NCBI GenBank assembly: GCA_028534125.1
Contig: CM052832.1
Span: 13,828,001-13,892,000, forward strand
From: Lama glama
Lineage: Eukaryota
Direction of reading: 5' to 3'
Length of the DNA: 64,000 bases
The position numbers and the translations under genes were made by a program. Shown piece after piece: positions 1-14,287 of the stretch (the stretch's first letter is position 1; every line of letters begins with the position of its first letter). The notes below the pieces were generated by a model. That model was not told the origin of the DNA. It did not search any database and saw only the letters and a list, made by a program, of their open reading frames with translations.

Positions 1-1309
1 CAAAAGTATACATTCTTTTGCACTGTACATTTTCCCCCAAACACTGTATCTTAGAAATCATTCCATATCACTTCTTAGAGATCCTTTGCATTCTTTTTAT
101 GGATTCCCAGGTATTTTCAAGTTCTTCCTTCACTTAAAGAAACCCCAGCCAGAAATTATAGTTGATACATATGGGTATACATAAGGGTGTAGTTGCTACA
201 AGAAAGGTGACTGGGAACATGAGTTAGTATATCCATATGCAAAGAAGTGGCCTCTTCACTTCTATGTTTTAGGTTATAGTAACTACTTGAGTGTATGTGT
301 GTGTATGCCAGTGTATGTATTTTTCTGTTTTACCCAGCTTTTTCACTTGAAAAACTACCAGTGTGAGCACCTTGAATTACAGAGTTTTCAACATTTTTTG
401 AGATTCTGTGTTTCCCCATAGGGTGAGTACAGAACAAAAAGTTAATGATACATAATATTGGAAAGGAAATGACAAAGCAGGCAGTCATATATTGCTAAAA
501 GCAGTCTAATAAATTTGACACACCATCTATGAAGGGTGATGAATTTAGCAGTATGTATCAAAAAATAAGTTGCACATACACTTAGACCTGGCATTTCCTC
601 TTCCAAGAATGTTACTCTGATATACATCACGTGTTAACAAATGTAAGTAAAAAGGTACCATAGTATTTAAGTAAGCCAGGTGGCACAATGCATTTTAGTA
701 GTATAATAGTATAATAAAGCTTAGTTTACCTTAAAAATCAAGAAATACATTAGTTTCTTTGATTTACTGCTGCTTGAATTCATCTGAGATCACAAGGGAT
801 TTCAAGTGACCATGAGACATTAAACTAAATTTTTAAAAAGTGTTAAGTGTAGAATATTTTTCAGTTAGGTGTTATTAAAAGGTTCCCCTGAGGTCGTAGA
901 AATTCAGTAGAATTTCAGACTTATGAATTTTTCAAAACTATAGTATGGAAAATTGTTCTGTAATGTATCCTCCTGAAAGTGTTGTTTTGTAGGGTCTTAA
1001 GGTGACCCAAGATGACCCACGTTTTTGCTCTTGTAGTTAGCACCCCGGTTTTTGTGGGGCCCCTTGCAAATTAAGGGTCTCCTGATCTGCTGCTGTTACT
1101 GTCTCGTTTGTCTCCACTGCTGCTGGTGTCTGTTACCGCTCCACACCAAGACCTTTCTTTGTGAAAAGCTGTGAGTTGGCTGCCAGTGACCAGATGGCAA
1201 GAACTCTCAATAAGCAAGGAGAATCTTAATTCCTTGGTTTTGGATTAACCTAGGGATAGCTTTAATTTATGTTAGAAATGGAAAGGAGGGAATACTCTGC
1301 CTATATTTT

Positions 1310-1870
1310 AAAATCACCCTATTGAGGTACAATTTACAAATAATAAAATGAACTCATTCTAAGAGTACAGTTCAGTATATTTTGACAAAGGTAAGAACCA
1401 GTCAAAACTAGAACATTTTCATCATTGCAGAAACTTCAGTGTGTCGGTTCAGTCGCTCCCTCCTAATCCTGGCCGTAGGCAACACCAGGCTTCTTTCTGT
1501 CACAATAGATTAGTTTGGCTGATCAACAGTTTCATATAAATGGAATCATGTAGTGTGTACCCTTTAGTGTCAAGCTGCTTCTGCTCAGCATAATGCTTTT
1601 AAGTTTCCTCCGTGTTTCTTGCATGTATTAGTAGTTTGTTCCTATTTATTGCTGAATACTAATCTGTTGTGTGAATACACCTCAGTTTGTTCATCTCTTC
1701 TGCACTGATGGACATTTATGTTATTTTCTGTTTGGAGCTATTATGTAAAGTTTCTATAAATTCATGTACAAATTTTTGAGTAGACATATCTTTTCATTTC
1801 TCTTAGGATTTGAATTGCTGAAATACAGTTAATATCTGTTTAATTTTATGTGAAACTGTCAAATTTTTCA
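1310..1870 (-). mobile_element. Old L1 3' end fragment
   Basis: Antisense L1 3' motifs (catataaatggaatcat, gatggacattt). Confidence 0.65.
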
Positions 1871-2089
1871 TTTGCGTTTTGAGTGTTTTAGGAAGTAATT
1901 GCCTACACTAAGGGTGAGAAGATACTCACATTTAGTTCTGGGGCAAGAGAGGGGAGTAACATGTCTTTTTTTTCTTCCTCCATAAAAATACAGGGACGTA
2001 TATAAAGATATTTTTAAAATCTTCAACCTCATCTGCACTCCCTTGAGAAACCACAGATTGGCTAACAGACATTGTGTACTTTCTGTGTA

Positions 2090-4395
2090 CAGTTGACGCT
2101 TGAACAGTGTCAGGGTTAGGGATAAGAATCCACCCCTCCTTCCCTGCCAGTTGAAAATTTGCTTTAACTTTTTTTTTTAAATTGAGTTGTAGTCAATTTA
2201 CAGTGTGTCAGTTTCTGGTATGCAGCACAATTCTTCAGTCATATATGGATATACATATATTCATTTTCATATTCTTTTCCACCATGAGCTACTATAAGAT
2301 ATTGAATATATTTCCCTGTGTTATACAGTATAAACTTGTTTATCTATTTTATATATACCAGTCAATGTCTGCAAATCTTGAACTCCCAGTTTATCCCTTC
2401 CCACACCCCTCCCCACTGGCAACCACAAGTCTGTATTCTATGTCTGTTAGTCTGTTTCTGTTTTATATATAAGTTCATCTTTTTTTTTTTATATTCCACA
2501 TATGAATGATATCATATGGTATTCTTCATTCTCTTTCTGGCTTACTTCACTTAGAATGACATTCTCCAGGGACTTCCATGTTGCTGCAAATGGCATGTTA
2601 TCATTTTTATGGCTGAGTAGTATTTCATTGTATAAATATATCACAATTTCCTTATCAGGTCATCTGTTGATGGACATTTAGGTTGTTTCCATGTCTTGGC
2701 TATTGTAAATAGTGCTGCTATGAATGCTTTAACTTATGACTCCTCAAAAACTTAACTACTGATAGCCTACTGTTGACTGGAAGCCTTACTGATAAGACAA
2801 ACAGTTGATTAACATGTATTTTGTATGTTATATATATGTATTATATACTGTATTCTTAAAGTAAGCTAAGAGAAAAGAAAAATGTTATTGAGAGAGAAAC
2901 TGTTATTAAAATCATAAGGAAGAGAAAAGACATTTACAGTACTGTACTATATTTATCGATACCATAAGTTTACATCATCCGTTTATGAAATGAATTGTCT
3001 GTCATACCTATACCAGTATTATATGATACACAACACTGTAGATATTGTACATATTACTAACATTTACATCAAAAATGGAAAAAATGTGAAAAAGAAGTTC
3101 ATGTGTATTTACAGTTATAATGTTTCATGTATTGATAACAAAATAATATGATTGCTTTATGGTAGCCTAGTGTAGTCAGTACAGTTGCTTAGTGGTAGCC
3201 TGGCCTATACACTAATGAATGAATTGTTATAAAATTTTAATGACTTACAGTATTACATTATAGTCACATTCATAACATGGTATTGGAAACATTGTTGCAT
3301 TAAAAAATTTACTTGTAATAGATGATACACAGTTTTCTCCAATTAAGAGGGCAGCTGCATACTGTAGGGTAATGTAATTCTTATGCCTATGTAAGGACAG
3401 GCTATCCACTTCAAGTCTTGCACACAATGTCTACACAGTGAATACTTTGGTGATGATGACAAAAAATATCCCATATGGTTCTTGCTGTACAACTATTAGA
3501 TTTTCACACAGATACACACATACCCAACAGATAAGTTTAACTGTACAGCATGATACTTACTAATTAAGTGGAAGTGCAATATCATAAAGGTCTTCATCCT
3601 TGTCTTCACATTGAATAGACTGAGGGAGAGGAGAGGTGGCAGAGGTGGAGGATGTGGAAAGAGGAGGCAGGAGGGGTACGCATGCTTGGTCTAACTTTAT
3701 AGAAATACCTGGCCACTTCTGTCTAACTTTTTTGATTTTTCATTTCTCTAAATGTGGTTTCTATATGTTACCAATCTTTTTTCCACCATTTGCTTTAGTT
3801 TTGGTTTCAGTGATACATAGAGGAATCCATGTCATAAAAAGTCAAAAGTAGTCTTGAATAATCAGAACCCTTCTGCCAGATTGTCTAATGTCAATTTGTT
3901 TTCTGGCACTGCTTCTTCTATGTCTTCTTCCTCATCATCTGCCACTTTTTTGGAAGCACTCATCTCCATCAAGTCATCTTTTGTTAATTCCTCTCTTATG
4001 TCTACTAGCTGTTGAATTTCTTCAAGATCCATGTCTTAAAACCCTTCACCCCCTTACTTTTCTGCCATATCCACAGTCTTTCAGGATTTCCTTGATTGGC
4101 TCTGTCATAAATCCTGTGAACTCATGCACAACAACTGAACACAACTTTCTCCAACAGAAATTTATTGTTCAGGTTTGATTTTTTTTCATGGCTTTTTTTT
4201 TTTTTAATAACAATGATGGCATCTTCAGTGGCCTAATCCTTCTAGACTTTTATGATGTTCTCTCTTTTGAGGTTCTCTTCCATAGCATTGACAGTTCTTT
4301 CCATAGAGCACTGTGTGTAATGAACCTTTAAGGTCTTTATGACCCCCTGATCTAGAGGTTAAATTAGAGATGACACGTTTGGGAGCAAGGAGACC
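2090..4395 (-). mobile_element. Tigger2-like (TcMar/pogo) DNA transposon relic, interrupted by an L1
   Basis: TA followed by TIR-like CAGTTGACGCTTGAACA at 2090; minus-strand degenerate transposase SLI*PLDQGVIKTLKVHYTQCSMERTVNAMEEN near 4260-4370. Confidence 0.8.
2171..2724 (-). mobile_element. 5'-truncated L1 (ORF2 end plus 3' UTR) nested in the Tigger
   Basis: Poly(T) at the left end; TSD TGCTTTAACTT at 2160-2170 and 2725-2735. Confidence 0.85.
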
Positions 4396-4404
4396 ACTTG
4401 GAAG

Positions 4405-4680
4405 CCATTCATCAGTCGATGGATTTTTGAGTTGTTTCCACTTTTGGCTATTATGAATAATACTGTCATGAACATTCATGGGAAATTTTTTGTGTGGGCA
4501 CATGTTTTTATTTCTCTTGGATAAATACCTGGAAGTAGAAGGGCTTAGTCATATGGTTAAATCTATTCAACATTTTGAGGAACTGACAAACTGTTTTTTA
4601 AAGTAGTTATACCATTTCACATTTCCACCAGCAATGTATGAGGGTTCCTGTTTTTCCACATCCTTATTTTTTATTTTCTG
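4405..4680 (-). mobile_element. L1 ORF2 3' fragment
   Basis: Antisense motifs; the ORF track shows a KWKQLKNPSTDEW-like peptide. Confidence 0.7.
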
Positions 4681-5524
4681 TCTAGACCCACTTTTGATTA
4701 CTTCATAACTTCAAGGTACCTCAGCCTCTATTTTTGGTTTCATCAACTCTAGGCAAGCTTTAACTTCCCACTTTGTTAAATCAGAATGCTGGTAGACCTT
4801 TTCTTTGCCTCTTCTGTTTCACCTCTGTCCTTTGCCTCTGTCTTTACCATCTTAGGATGATTACCTTACATTCTATCCTATAACTATAATTATTTTGTGT
4901 TTTATCTATAGGGGCTTTTTTAACTATAAAGATTTGTTTATTTATTTGTTTTCTTGGTAGCACAATGGAAAAAGCATTTGACTGAAATGCAAAATTTCAT
5001 TTTCTAGGTTCTAGTCTATGACTTCCTACACCTGGGATACTTCCTTAACTTTTCTGAGTCTGAATGTTCATCTGTGAAATGGGGTTTAGGATAGAGTTCT
5101 AAAGATTTTTGTTAACTCTAAGATTCATTAATTCTATGAAAGAATAAGCAGCCTCACTCTATGCATATAATAATTGATGTTATCAACTTATTTTACACAA
5201 TTTTAGGACTCTATTCATTGTATAAAATACATACATATTTCCCACAAAGTACATATACTTTAAAACTAAAATAGGAGCTTGATCAGCAGATCAGAACTAG
5301 TTTTTCCCAGATCCTGCAAAATTATCTAAAAGAATTTCTTTAAAACTCAGCATATTGTCAAGCTTGTCTCTTTATTAAAAGTGTTGCTCCCCTAACTACT
5401 CAGTGAGTTATGTTAGTAAGTAAAAAGCATGTTGCTTTTTAAAAAGAGCTAATCCTTCCTAAAACAGATGGTAGTAGAGCATGAACCATTCTGTGCCGTT
5501 CTGTAGTTTTGTGATCTATCAAGA

Positions 5525-5970
5525 AAGCAACAATTACACTTATTCCTTTCCAGTTAGGATGCCTTTTATTTCTCTTTTTTTTTCTTGCCTAATTGCCCTG
5601 GCTAGGACTTTAATATTATATTGAACACAGGTGGTAAGAATGGACATCCTTGTCTGATTCCTGATCTTAGAGGAAATGCTTTCAGCTTTTCACTGTTGAG
5701 TATGATGGTCATTGTGGGCTTGTCGTATATGGCCTTAATTATGTTGAAATACATTTCCTCTGTATCCACTTTGTTGGGAGTTTTCAATCATAAATGGATG
5801 TTGAATTTTGTCAAATGCTTTTTCCCATCAACTGAGATTATTACTTTTATCCTTCATTTTGTTAATGTGGTGTATCATATTGACTGATTTGCAGGTGTTG
5901 AGCAATTCTTGCATCCCTGGAACAAACCACACTTGATCATGGGATATGACCCTTTTAATTTATTGTTGTG
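5525..5970 (-). mobile_element. L1 ORF2 reverse transcriptase fragment
   Basis: ORF 5602-5787 [32 protein letters not shown] is typical L1 RT. Confidence 0.9.
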
Positions 5971-7009
5971 GATGTCTGTTTCCTCCTGAGGTTAGGAAAA
6001 CTTTCAGCCATTGTTTCTCCAAACAAGATTTCTGCCTTTCTTTCTTCTGGTATCCCTGTAATGAAGTGCGATGCTAGTCTGTTTGATGTCCCGTAAGCCC
6101 TGTAAGCTATCTTCACTTCTTACTCTTTTTAATTTTTGCTACTCTGATTTGGGTGAGTTCCACTACTTGCTTTGAAATAACTGATTATTCTGCTTACTCT
6201 AGTCTGCTGTTGAACCCCTCTAGTCTCCTTCCATTCAGTTCTTCAGCTCTGTGACTTCTGTTTGGTACTTTTTTATCTCTCCCATTTCTCTTCTTTGTTG
6301 AAGTTCCCACTGTGTTCATCCATTGCAGCTCAGTGAGTATCTTTATGACCATTACTTTGAATTACTTATCCTCATTTCATTAAGGTTTTTTTCTGAGCTC
6401 TTATCTTATTCTTTCATTTGGAACATATTCCTGTTTCTTCATTCTGCTTTACTCTCTGTTGGTTGGTTGAAAACAAACTCCTGTCCCAATCTTGGAGCCT
6501 ACATAGTTGAACCTTGTCTTTTAACTGTGCCTCAACTCTTTGTCGTGTTTCAAACCTTTGTGCTTGTTCAAGCGGCCTATTACATTTTTTAAATGGCTCC
6601 CAGTAGTTGAGGAGGTGCCAACTTCTGTCTCTGTCCCTAAGGGGAGGATCTCAGCATCTCCATTCAGGCTGTTTGGAAGCTTGACCCTCAGGCAGCTTTT
6701 TAAGTTACAAAATTGATACAGTCTTATGGTGTGTCTTAGTTTTCTTTGATAGCACTTCTCCATTATATGGATATGCCATGAATTACTCAACTCCTGCTAC
6801 TTATTACAAATTGTGTTCATTTATTTTATACTAACAATAACATGATGACCATCTTTTTGTTTGTTTGCTTGCTTTATTTGTTTATTTCCTGCTTAATTAT
6901 AAGATCCTAGAATCTAGATATTGTGTGACATCACAGCAGCATGCCAAGGCACTGTTACAAGTTCAGTCATAAGTGTTTTGGGGTTGTTTTTTTTCTATGT
7001 TGATTTTTT

Positions 7010-7355
7010 TTTCCAAATTGTGGTAAAATACATGTAACAAAATTTCCTATCTTAACCATTTTTAAGTGTACAGTTCAGTGGTATTAAATACATTTACATT
7101 GTTATACAACCATCACCTTATCCATCCCCATGACACTTTCCATCTTGTAAAACTGAAACTCTTTATCCTTTAAAATTTTAAGTTCTTGGTTTCAATTCTT
7201 TAGGTATATACCCAGAAGTAGAATTGGTGAATATGGTGACTCTATTTTTAACGTTTTGAGGACCCACCATACTCTTTTTCATAACAGCTGCATCATTACT
7301 TTCTCACCAGAAATGCACAGAGTTTCCAATTTCCCCACATTCTTGTGAACACAGT
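7010..7355 (-). mobile_element. L1 3' end fragments
   Basis: accatttttaagtgtacagttcagtggtattaaatacatt motif. Confidence 0.7.
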
Positions 7356-7919
7356 TATTTTAGATGTGTACATGTACTTTATAATGCATTAACAACAGGT
7401 AATGTATATCAAACACTACCTATGGACTAATAAGCATTATGCTAATTACATTAAATGTCAAAATTTCACAGCAACTACTATCCTTATTTTGTAGATAAAT
7501 CATTAGAGAAGCTTGGGGTGTTAAGTGACTCCCAATCAAACATCTTGTGGATGGCAGGAAAGAGATTCATATTCAAGCAGCCACCCCTCAATAGTATCTG
7601 TGCTCTCAACTATTCCATAATTATTACCTCCCAGAAGTAGACTTAGTTTGTCAAAGGATATATAAACTGCCAAATTACCTTCCAAAAAGGCTTTACCAGT
7701 TTTAATCCCATCAACAGTATAAAAAAATGCCTATTCACTCCCTCCAAATCCTTGTCATACGAAATTATGCTTTTTAATTTCTGCCAAGTCAGTGGGCAAA
7801 AAAATTATCTTTTAATTTTTTCCTGTTACTATTGGTTTTGAAATCTTTTCACATATTTATAGAGCATTTGAATGCTTTCTTGAACTGGCATGTTACTAGT
7901 TTGAGTAATGCTAGACTGC

Positions 7920-8175
7920 TGTATTAGTTTCCTATAGCTGCTGTGAATTTAGTAGCTTAAAGCAATGCAAAGTTACTATCTTACAGTTCTAAGGTTGTAA
8001 GTCTAAAATGGATCAGCAGGACAGTGTTCCTTCTGGAGGCTCTAGGGAAGAATCCATTTCCTTGTCTTTTCCAGCTTCTAGAGGTCCCCTGCATTCCTTG
8101 GCTCATGGCACCTTCCTCACACTGTCATTATATCTCCTCACTCTGATGTTCCCACCTCCCTCTTAGAAGGATCCG
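7920..8175. mobile_element. MaLR LTR (MLT1-like) fragment
   Basis: tgtattagtttcctatagctgctg...ttctggaggctctagggaagaatcc motifs. Confidence 0.75.
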
Positions 8176-9943
8176 CTTTCCCAAATAGCTGGTTTTCCCA
8201 GTGATTATAATAAATAGTTCATGTTTTTTTTTATTGTTTTGAAATGCCATATTTATCTAATATTAAATTCCCATATTTACTTGAGTCCGTGACTAGATTT
8301 CATTCTAATCAGTACCAGTGCTCCCAGGATTAATTACTATAGCTGTTTATTATATTTTGTTATCTGGAGAACAAGTTCCCATATCATTTCTCCTTTTTGA
8401 AAAATTTTTGGCTATTTTTGCTTATTTCCTTTTTCAAGATTTTACTTCAGTCACACTACAAAATCACGCTCTTCAAAATACCATGTTGCTTTCTATTGGA
8501 ATTGTTTTGAATTTATAGATTACTTTCTGGAAAATTAACATGTTTACAATTTTGAGTCTTCCCATCTAGAAATATTCTGTAGTTTGTTTTTGTTTGTTTG
8601 TTAAGGCATCATATATCCTTCAGACATGTGTGTTTCTAGATTTTAGAGCTGTTGCTATTGTTTTTGTAAATACATTGCTTTTTATCTGTTAACATTTTTT
8701 ATTGGTTATTGCTGGCATGTAGAAATACTGTTGCTTTTGTAATTTGTATTGTAATTTGTTTTCTCCTTCCCTAAAACCCTTTATTGGATGTACTGATTTT
8801 TCAGTGACTTTTCTCCAATTTCCTAGGTAAATAGACACTTTGTAATGAGGACAGTTTTGGTTCTTTTTCTTGCCTTCAATTATTATCTAAGATTGCCAGT
8901 ACAACTTTGAAAAGTATCCATAAAATTGTGTAATTGTAATGAAGATCTTGTATAATGTGAAACACTTGTATAATGTTTCTATGATTTTCTAATAGACATC
9001 TTTAACTGAGTTGAGTTTCTCTCCAGTTTATTCCTAGTTAAGTGTTTCAATCTCAAATTCATCTTGAATTTTATCAAATGTCTTTGTAGTTTTTGTATTT
9101 TTCTTCTGTATGTATATTAAATAGTGAATAACAATAAGTTTCCTGTTTGAATGATACTTTTTGTCCTCTTGTGAATATTGAGTATTCAGTAGTTGTGTGT
9201 GAAGTTCATTGGTGAGATTGACCAGTAGTTTTCTACTTGTGTGTGCATGGATACATGTGTGTTAATCTTTTCTGCTTTGAATGTCAGGGTTATGCTAGTG
9301 CTCTCAAATTAATTGGAAAACTTTTCCAACTATATTTCTTTTGTGTTGTTGTTCCTTTTTTCATTCTTTCTTCTCAGCTTTTTAAAAAACTGAGGTATAA
9401 TTAAAATATTGTGTAAGTTTAAATTGTACAATACATTGATTTGATAAATTTATATTTCAGTATGATTGCCAGTGTAGTGTCAGCTAACACTTCTGTTGCA
9501 TATCATAGTTATTATTTCTAGTGGTGGGAACAGTTAAGATCTAGTCTCTTAGAAAGTTCAATGTTTGTTATACAACAGCTTTTTTGTCTGTAATCACTGT
9601 GCTGTGTGTTAGATCTCTGGGAATTATTTACCTACTAGTTGCTGTTCTGTAATTCTTTATATTTTAACTATGTATTGGCTATTTTGTATGTTTTAAACAT
9701 TTGATTGAAAGTGATGCATTGTATATGTTCTACAGCTTGCTATTTGTACTCCATATAAGTTTGTGCAGTTCATTCATGCTGATGTATGTAGCTTATTTGT
9801 TTTCACTGTTAGATATATTTTATTGTATCAGAACACCATAATTTGGTTACCTGTTCTCCTCTTGATGAACATTTAGTTGTTTCCTGCTTTTTGTTATTAC
9901 AAACAGTGCTGCTGTGAACATGCTTGCACATGCTTTTTCTAGG

Positions 9944-10425
9944 GCATTCATAACAGCAAGATTCATAATAGTCAAAGAGTAGAAACAACCCAAATGGCCA
10001 TCAGCTGACCAATGGATAAATTTAAATGTAGTATATCCATACAATGGAATATTATTCACCCATAAAAGTGAGGAAGTATGGATACATCCTACAACATGGA
10101 TGAACCTTAATAACGTTATGCCAAGTGAAAGAAGTCAGTCGTGAAAGACCACATAGTGTATGATTCCATTTATACGAAGGGTCCAGAATAAGCAAATTCA
10201 CAGAGACAGAAAGTTAGATTAGTGATTTCTAGAGTCTGGGGGAAGACTGTGATGGTGAGTGACTGCTAATGGGTTTGGATTTGGGAGGGCTGTGAGGGAT
10301 TAAAATATTCTAAATTTAAATTGTGATGAGATTACACAACTCTGTGAATACACTAAAACAACTGAACTGTACACTTTAGATTGGTGAACTTATGGATGTG
10401 AATTAAATCTCAGTAAAGAAGTTAA
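9944..10425 (+). mobile_element. L1 (L1MB-like) 3' end inserted into an older antisense L1 fragment (about 9660-9943)
   Basis: aaacaacccaaat...acaacatggatgaacctt motifs; TTTCTAGG repeated at 9936-9943 and 10426-10433. Confidence 0.75.
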
Positions 10426-13400
10426 TTTCTAGGATAGTGTTCTTCAAACCCTAGTAGGTTATAAAACAATTTGGTGAGACAGTAATATACTTTGTAGTAG
10501 TGCTTTTGTTTTTGTTTTTGTTTTGAACTACAAGAATTTCTTCATTATTTATTATTTAGAAAACAAGGGAGCAGGGGAGCACATGTGGCTAATTTGAATT
10601 TATAAATTCATGAAATGTTAAGTGAAAACTCATAAATAGCGTATTCTTTATGGTGATTATGAATATATAGTATTTGGCTACAAAAGACTCAGTAAATTTT
10701 GCTTGGTACTTTGGTTTTACTATTTATTTGGGTGGTTAGTGATGATTTACCAGAAATGGAATCTTGAGCTGAAAGGATCCTTAGAAGAGAAAATGCTCTT
10801 GGGCTTTTATCATCTCTGTTCACACTCGAGTTTCTGTGTCAAGTCTAGCTTGGAAATATAAGCAAGAGCAAAACTGTCAAGTTTTCCACTACTTTTTGCC
10901 TTCCTCCCAGAATTTTGCTTTGGCTCTGTTCTGTACCACAGCCAGCTATATTTCTGTTTTTAACATTACTGGTGTTTTGATCAGGTTATAAATTATTTAA
11001 CTCCTTTAAAAGCATACTGCTATTAAAATTTGATCTGTTGTCCATTTCCGTTTATATTAAGTGATTTGTAGATGTACTGGGTTAAACTTGATATGCTTTG
11101 AGAGCTTTAAAGTACTGACATAGTTTTTTTTCTTCTAACGTGAATAGCAAATACTTGAAGCATGAAATAGATATGAAGAGTTTAAAAGAACAGACTATAT
11201 TTTATAACTCTTTTTTGTCCTAGGAAGAAGGTTTTTAGTTTCAAATGTTAATAAGCTGAAATTCCTTTCTGTAGCATTTCTTCACATTTTTTATACTGTT
11301 TTCTTATAACACCCATCAATCACAGTTACAGTGATTTTTGAGCTCTTTAATCATGTTCATCTTATCCTCATTATCTAATAGTAACTGTCTCTCTTTCCTC
11401 AAAATTTCTCTTTTCTTTTTGTTTTGGATTTTTATCTTTTTCTGACACGGGCTTTTTTCAGTTGTCTGAAGTTTGTTGATGAACATCATGTGTAAAAGTA
11501 TGGCATTAGTAAAACATGGGCAGTTTGAGAAAGTCAAGACAATACAAAGATCAGAAGGAAACTTAAAACTATAAATCGTATCCTTAAGAGTAAAGAAGGC
11601 AGTGCATCATTGAAACATTACAGGAGTGTGTAGAAAAGGAATTGTTCGAGAGCAAAAATAAAGTGTGGGAAATTAAAACATGAAATTTAAAAGACAACGC
11701 AAGTTAGGAAGATACATCTAGAATGTAGAACAAAAAACTAGAGTCAGAGAAAATATGAGAAAATTAATGAAGTAAGCCAGTAGATCCAGTACCTTAAAAA
11801 AAAATAGTTCTAGAGAGAGTAGAGGAGAGAATATGAAGGGGATTAAATTTTCAGTGAAATACAGGAAATTCAGAACTGAATGAATCTCTAGTTTGCAAGA
11901 ACACAAAAAACACTTAGCAAGGTGAATTTTATAAAAACCACTCAGAAAATTAAAGGACATGAGGATCAAAATTAAAAAACAAAAAACAAACAAAAAAACA
12001 CCTTCCAGGTGGAAAAGCAAGCCCTGTTTTAAGGCTCAGAAGCTGTTGATTGACTTGTCAACAGCACCACTGAAAGCTAGAAGGCAAGAGAGCAGTATTT
12101 TATATGCAGACTAGCAGTCAAGGATACCTCCCATGCACTCATTCTCCAGAAGTTACTGATAAATGTGCTCTGTGAAAATGGAGTAAATGGAGTAAATCAA
12201 GATGGAGGAAGACTGTGGGTTTGAGGAAACAGGCCATCTAACACAGAGAGAGATGACAGAACACTTAAGACATATGTGTATTTAAAATTGATACTTAAGT
12301 ATAAATTAAGTATATGTGTAAATGAAATTTGAAAGTTAAAAAGTAGGATTTTTCCCCCTTACATGATCTATTTCTGTATCAGTTTAGAATAAGATGAGAT
12401 TTTCTTCTTTACCAGTCATAGTCAAGGTGAAGACTTTTATCTTACATTGTGACTTGCAATTTATAATTCAGTTTTGAATCCTTGAACTGGGAATGATACT
12501 TACAATGTTCAGTTTTATAACTAAAAACAACTCTTCACAAATATATTTGCTTCCAAATATATTTTGAATCTTTAAAAAATAAATTTTTAAATTTACTACT
12601 CCTGTGGTACTTGTGGAATTGTAATCCAGCATTTTCATGTCTGGTTTTTGCTACTTATATTTCACTACTTTTCAAATTTTTCAGAATTCTAGTTCTTACA
12701 ATCAATTTTAATTGTATAAGGCAACAAGTTTGAAATCAGCCTTTGTTTTAGAAACCTGTCTTAATCATAAATTTGGGAATATTCATTCAGACTCATTATT
12801 TCCACTTAGAAAAGTAGGCCAGGTAGTTCCATAGTAAATAAGTTTACCAAAGACATGTTTTCACTAAGAATGAACACATTGAATCAGGCAGTTTTGTAGC
12901 TCCTTTGGTCTCCTCTGGGGGACAAAAAAGTACCAAGAATTGAGGCAGGTTGGAATGGCCACCAGAAATCTAAATCTGAGTCATTAGTTAATGCTTTCCA
13001 AGGTATTTCTTATGTCTCAGTAGCCCATGTAACTGGTTTTACTATTAAAATTTTTTCTGTTAAATTGAATCTTTTGAAAAAACAATCTGATGAAACAGGT
13101 TGATGAAAATGCAAATATAGTACTGAAAAATGGGAATCAAAATTCTTTTGAGGGCTGTGTACTTTTCTTCCTTTGCTTAAAGCTTTATGAAGCAGGCGGC
13201 TAATAAATGTCAGAGCCTGAATGCAAATCTAAGTCTTTCTGCCTCCTGAATGAACTTCTTAGTGCTCAAATATTTGGTATAAGGTGTGAAGAGAAAGGAA
13301 ATTAATTTAAAAGTTTTTAATGCATTATAAAATGAGATAGCATTTTTACCTATCAAATAAGCTTAAGTTTTCTGAACTTAGTAATACTTAAATACCAGAA

Positions 13401-14168
13401 GCCTGTATGTGGCTGGAGATGAAATTCACCACAACCCTTTCAGAAAAGTCATACTATATAATAGTCCTAAAAACTGTTCATGGACACAGACTGGAAGGAA
13501 ATAGTCCAAATTGTTAATATGTTCAGAGTAGAGGTATTTTAAAACAAAATAATTATTTTCCAAATTTCCTACATTTCACATGTTATTTTTATAAGTAGAG
13601 AAAATATTTCTATCTTTATCTGGTAGTTTAACTTTAGGGAAATAATTCTAAGTCCAGACTAAAGATTCTCCAAAAATACTCGACAGCTTTATTTTTCAGT
13701 TGTGAAAAATTAGAAGCAAATTAAATGTCTAACTTAGTAGAATGTACCAGAGTAAGTGGTGATACTTCAAAGGGCACATGTAAAATTTAAGAGACTGCAT
13801 AAGGATGAGGGGAAAAGTTCGTAATATAATAAGAAAAACAGGATACAAATTTGTTTATGAAGTATGCGTTTACCAATATACAGTTTTATAAAAACACGGC
13901 AAAATACTGGAGGAAGTTGTAATAGTTTTATCAGCAGTTCTGTTTGGATACTGAGATTCCAGTAATTTTTTCCCTTTGTTCTTTTTATATATTTTCTGAA
14001 TTTTAATCGTGTACTGGCTTTTTAAAAACTGGTATTTTCCTACCTGAGATAAAGTGGTAGTTAATGTTTTGCTAGTCTACCACTAATAACATTCTGTTTG
14101 TATTATCTGTTACTTGTTCCTGTTTTCTTCTGTCCATGTGGAATGAACATGCTTCTCTTATTTCTTAG

Positions 14169-14287
14169 ATCTGACACTCAGCACCGAGGCTCTGCTCCCC
14201 ACTCTGAGAGTGATCTACCAGAGCAGGAAGAAGAAATTCTGGGATCTGATGATGATGAGCAAGAAGATCCCAATGATTATTGTAAAG
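14169..14287 (+). CDS. SRPK1: SRPK1 exon 3 (119 nt), SDTQHRGSAPHSESDLPEQEEEILGSDDDEQEDPNDYCKG
   Basis: Translation matches the SRPK1 N-terminal acidic segment; acceptor tttcttag|AT, donor AAAG|gtaagg. Confidence 0.96.

Noticed and set aside
11224..11230. Possible micro-exon GAAGAAG in intron 2
   Set aside because: 7 nt, frame-shifting, with a poor donor (gttttt).
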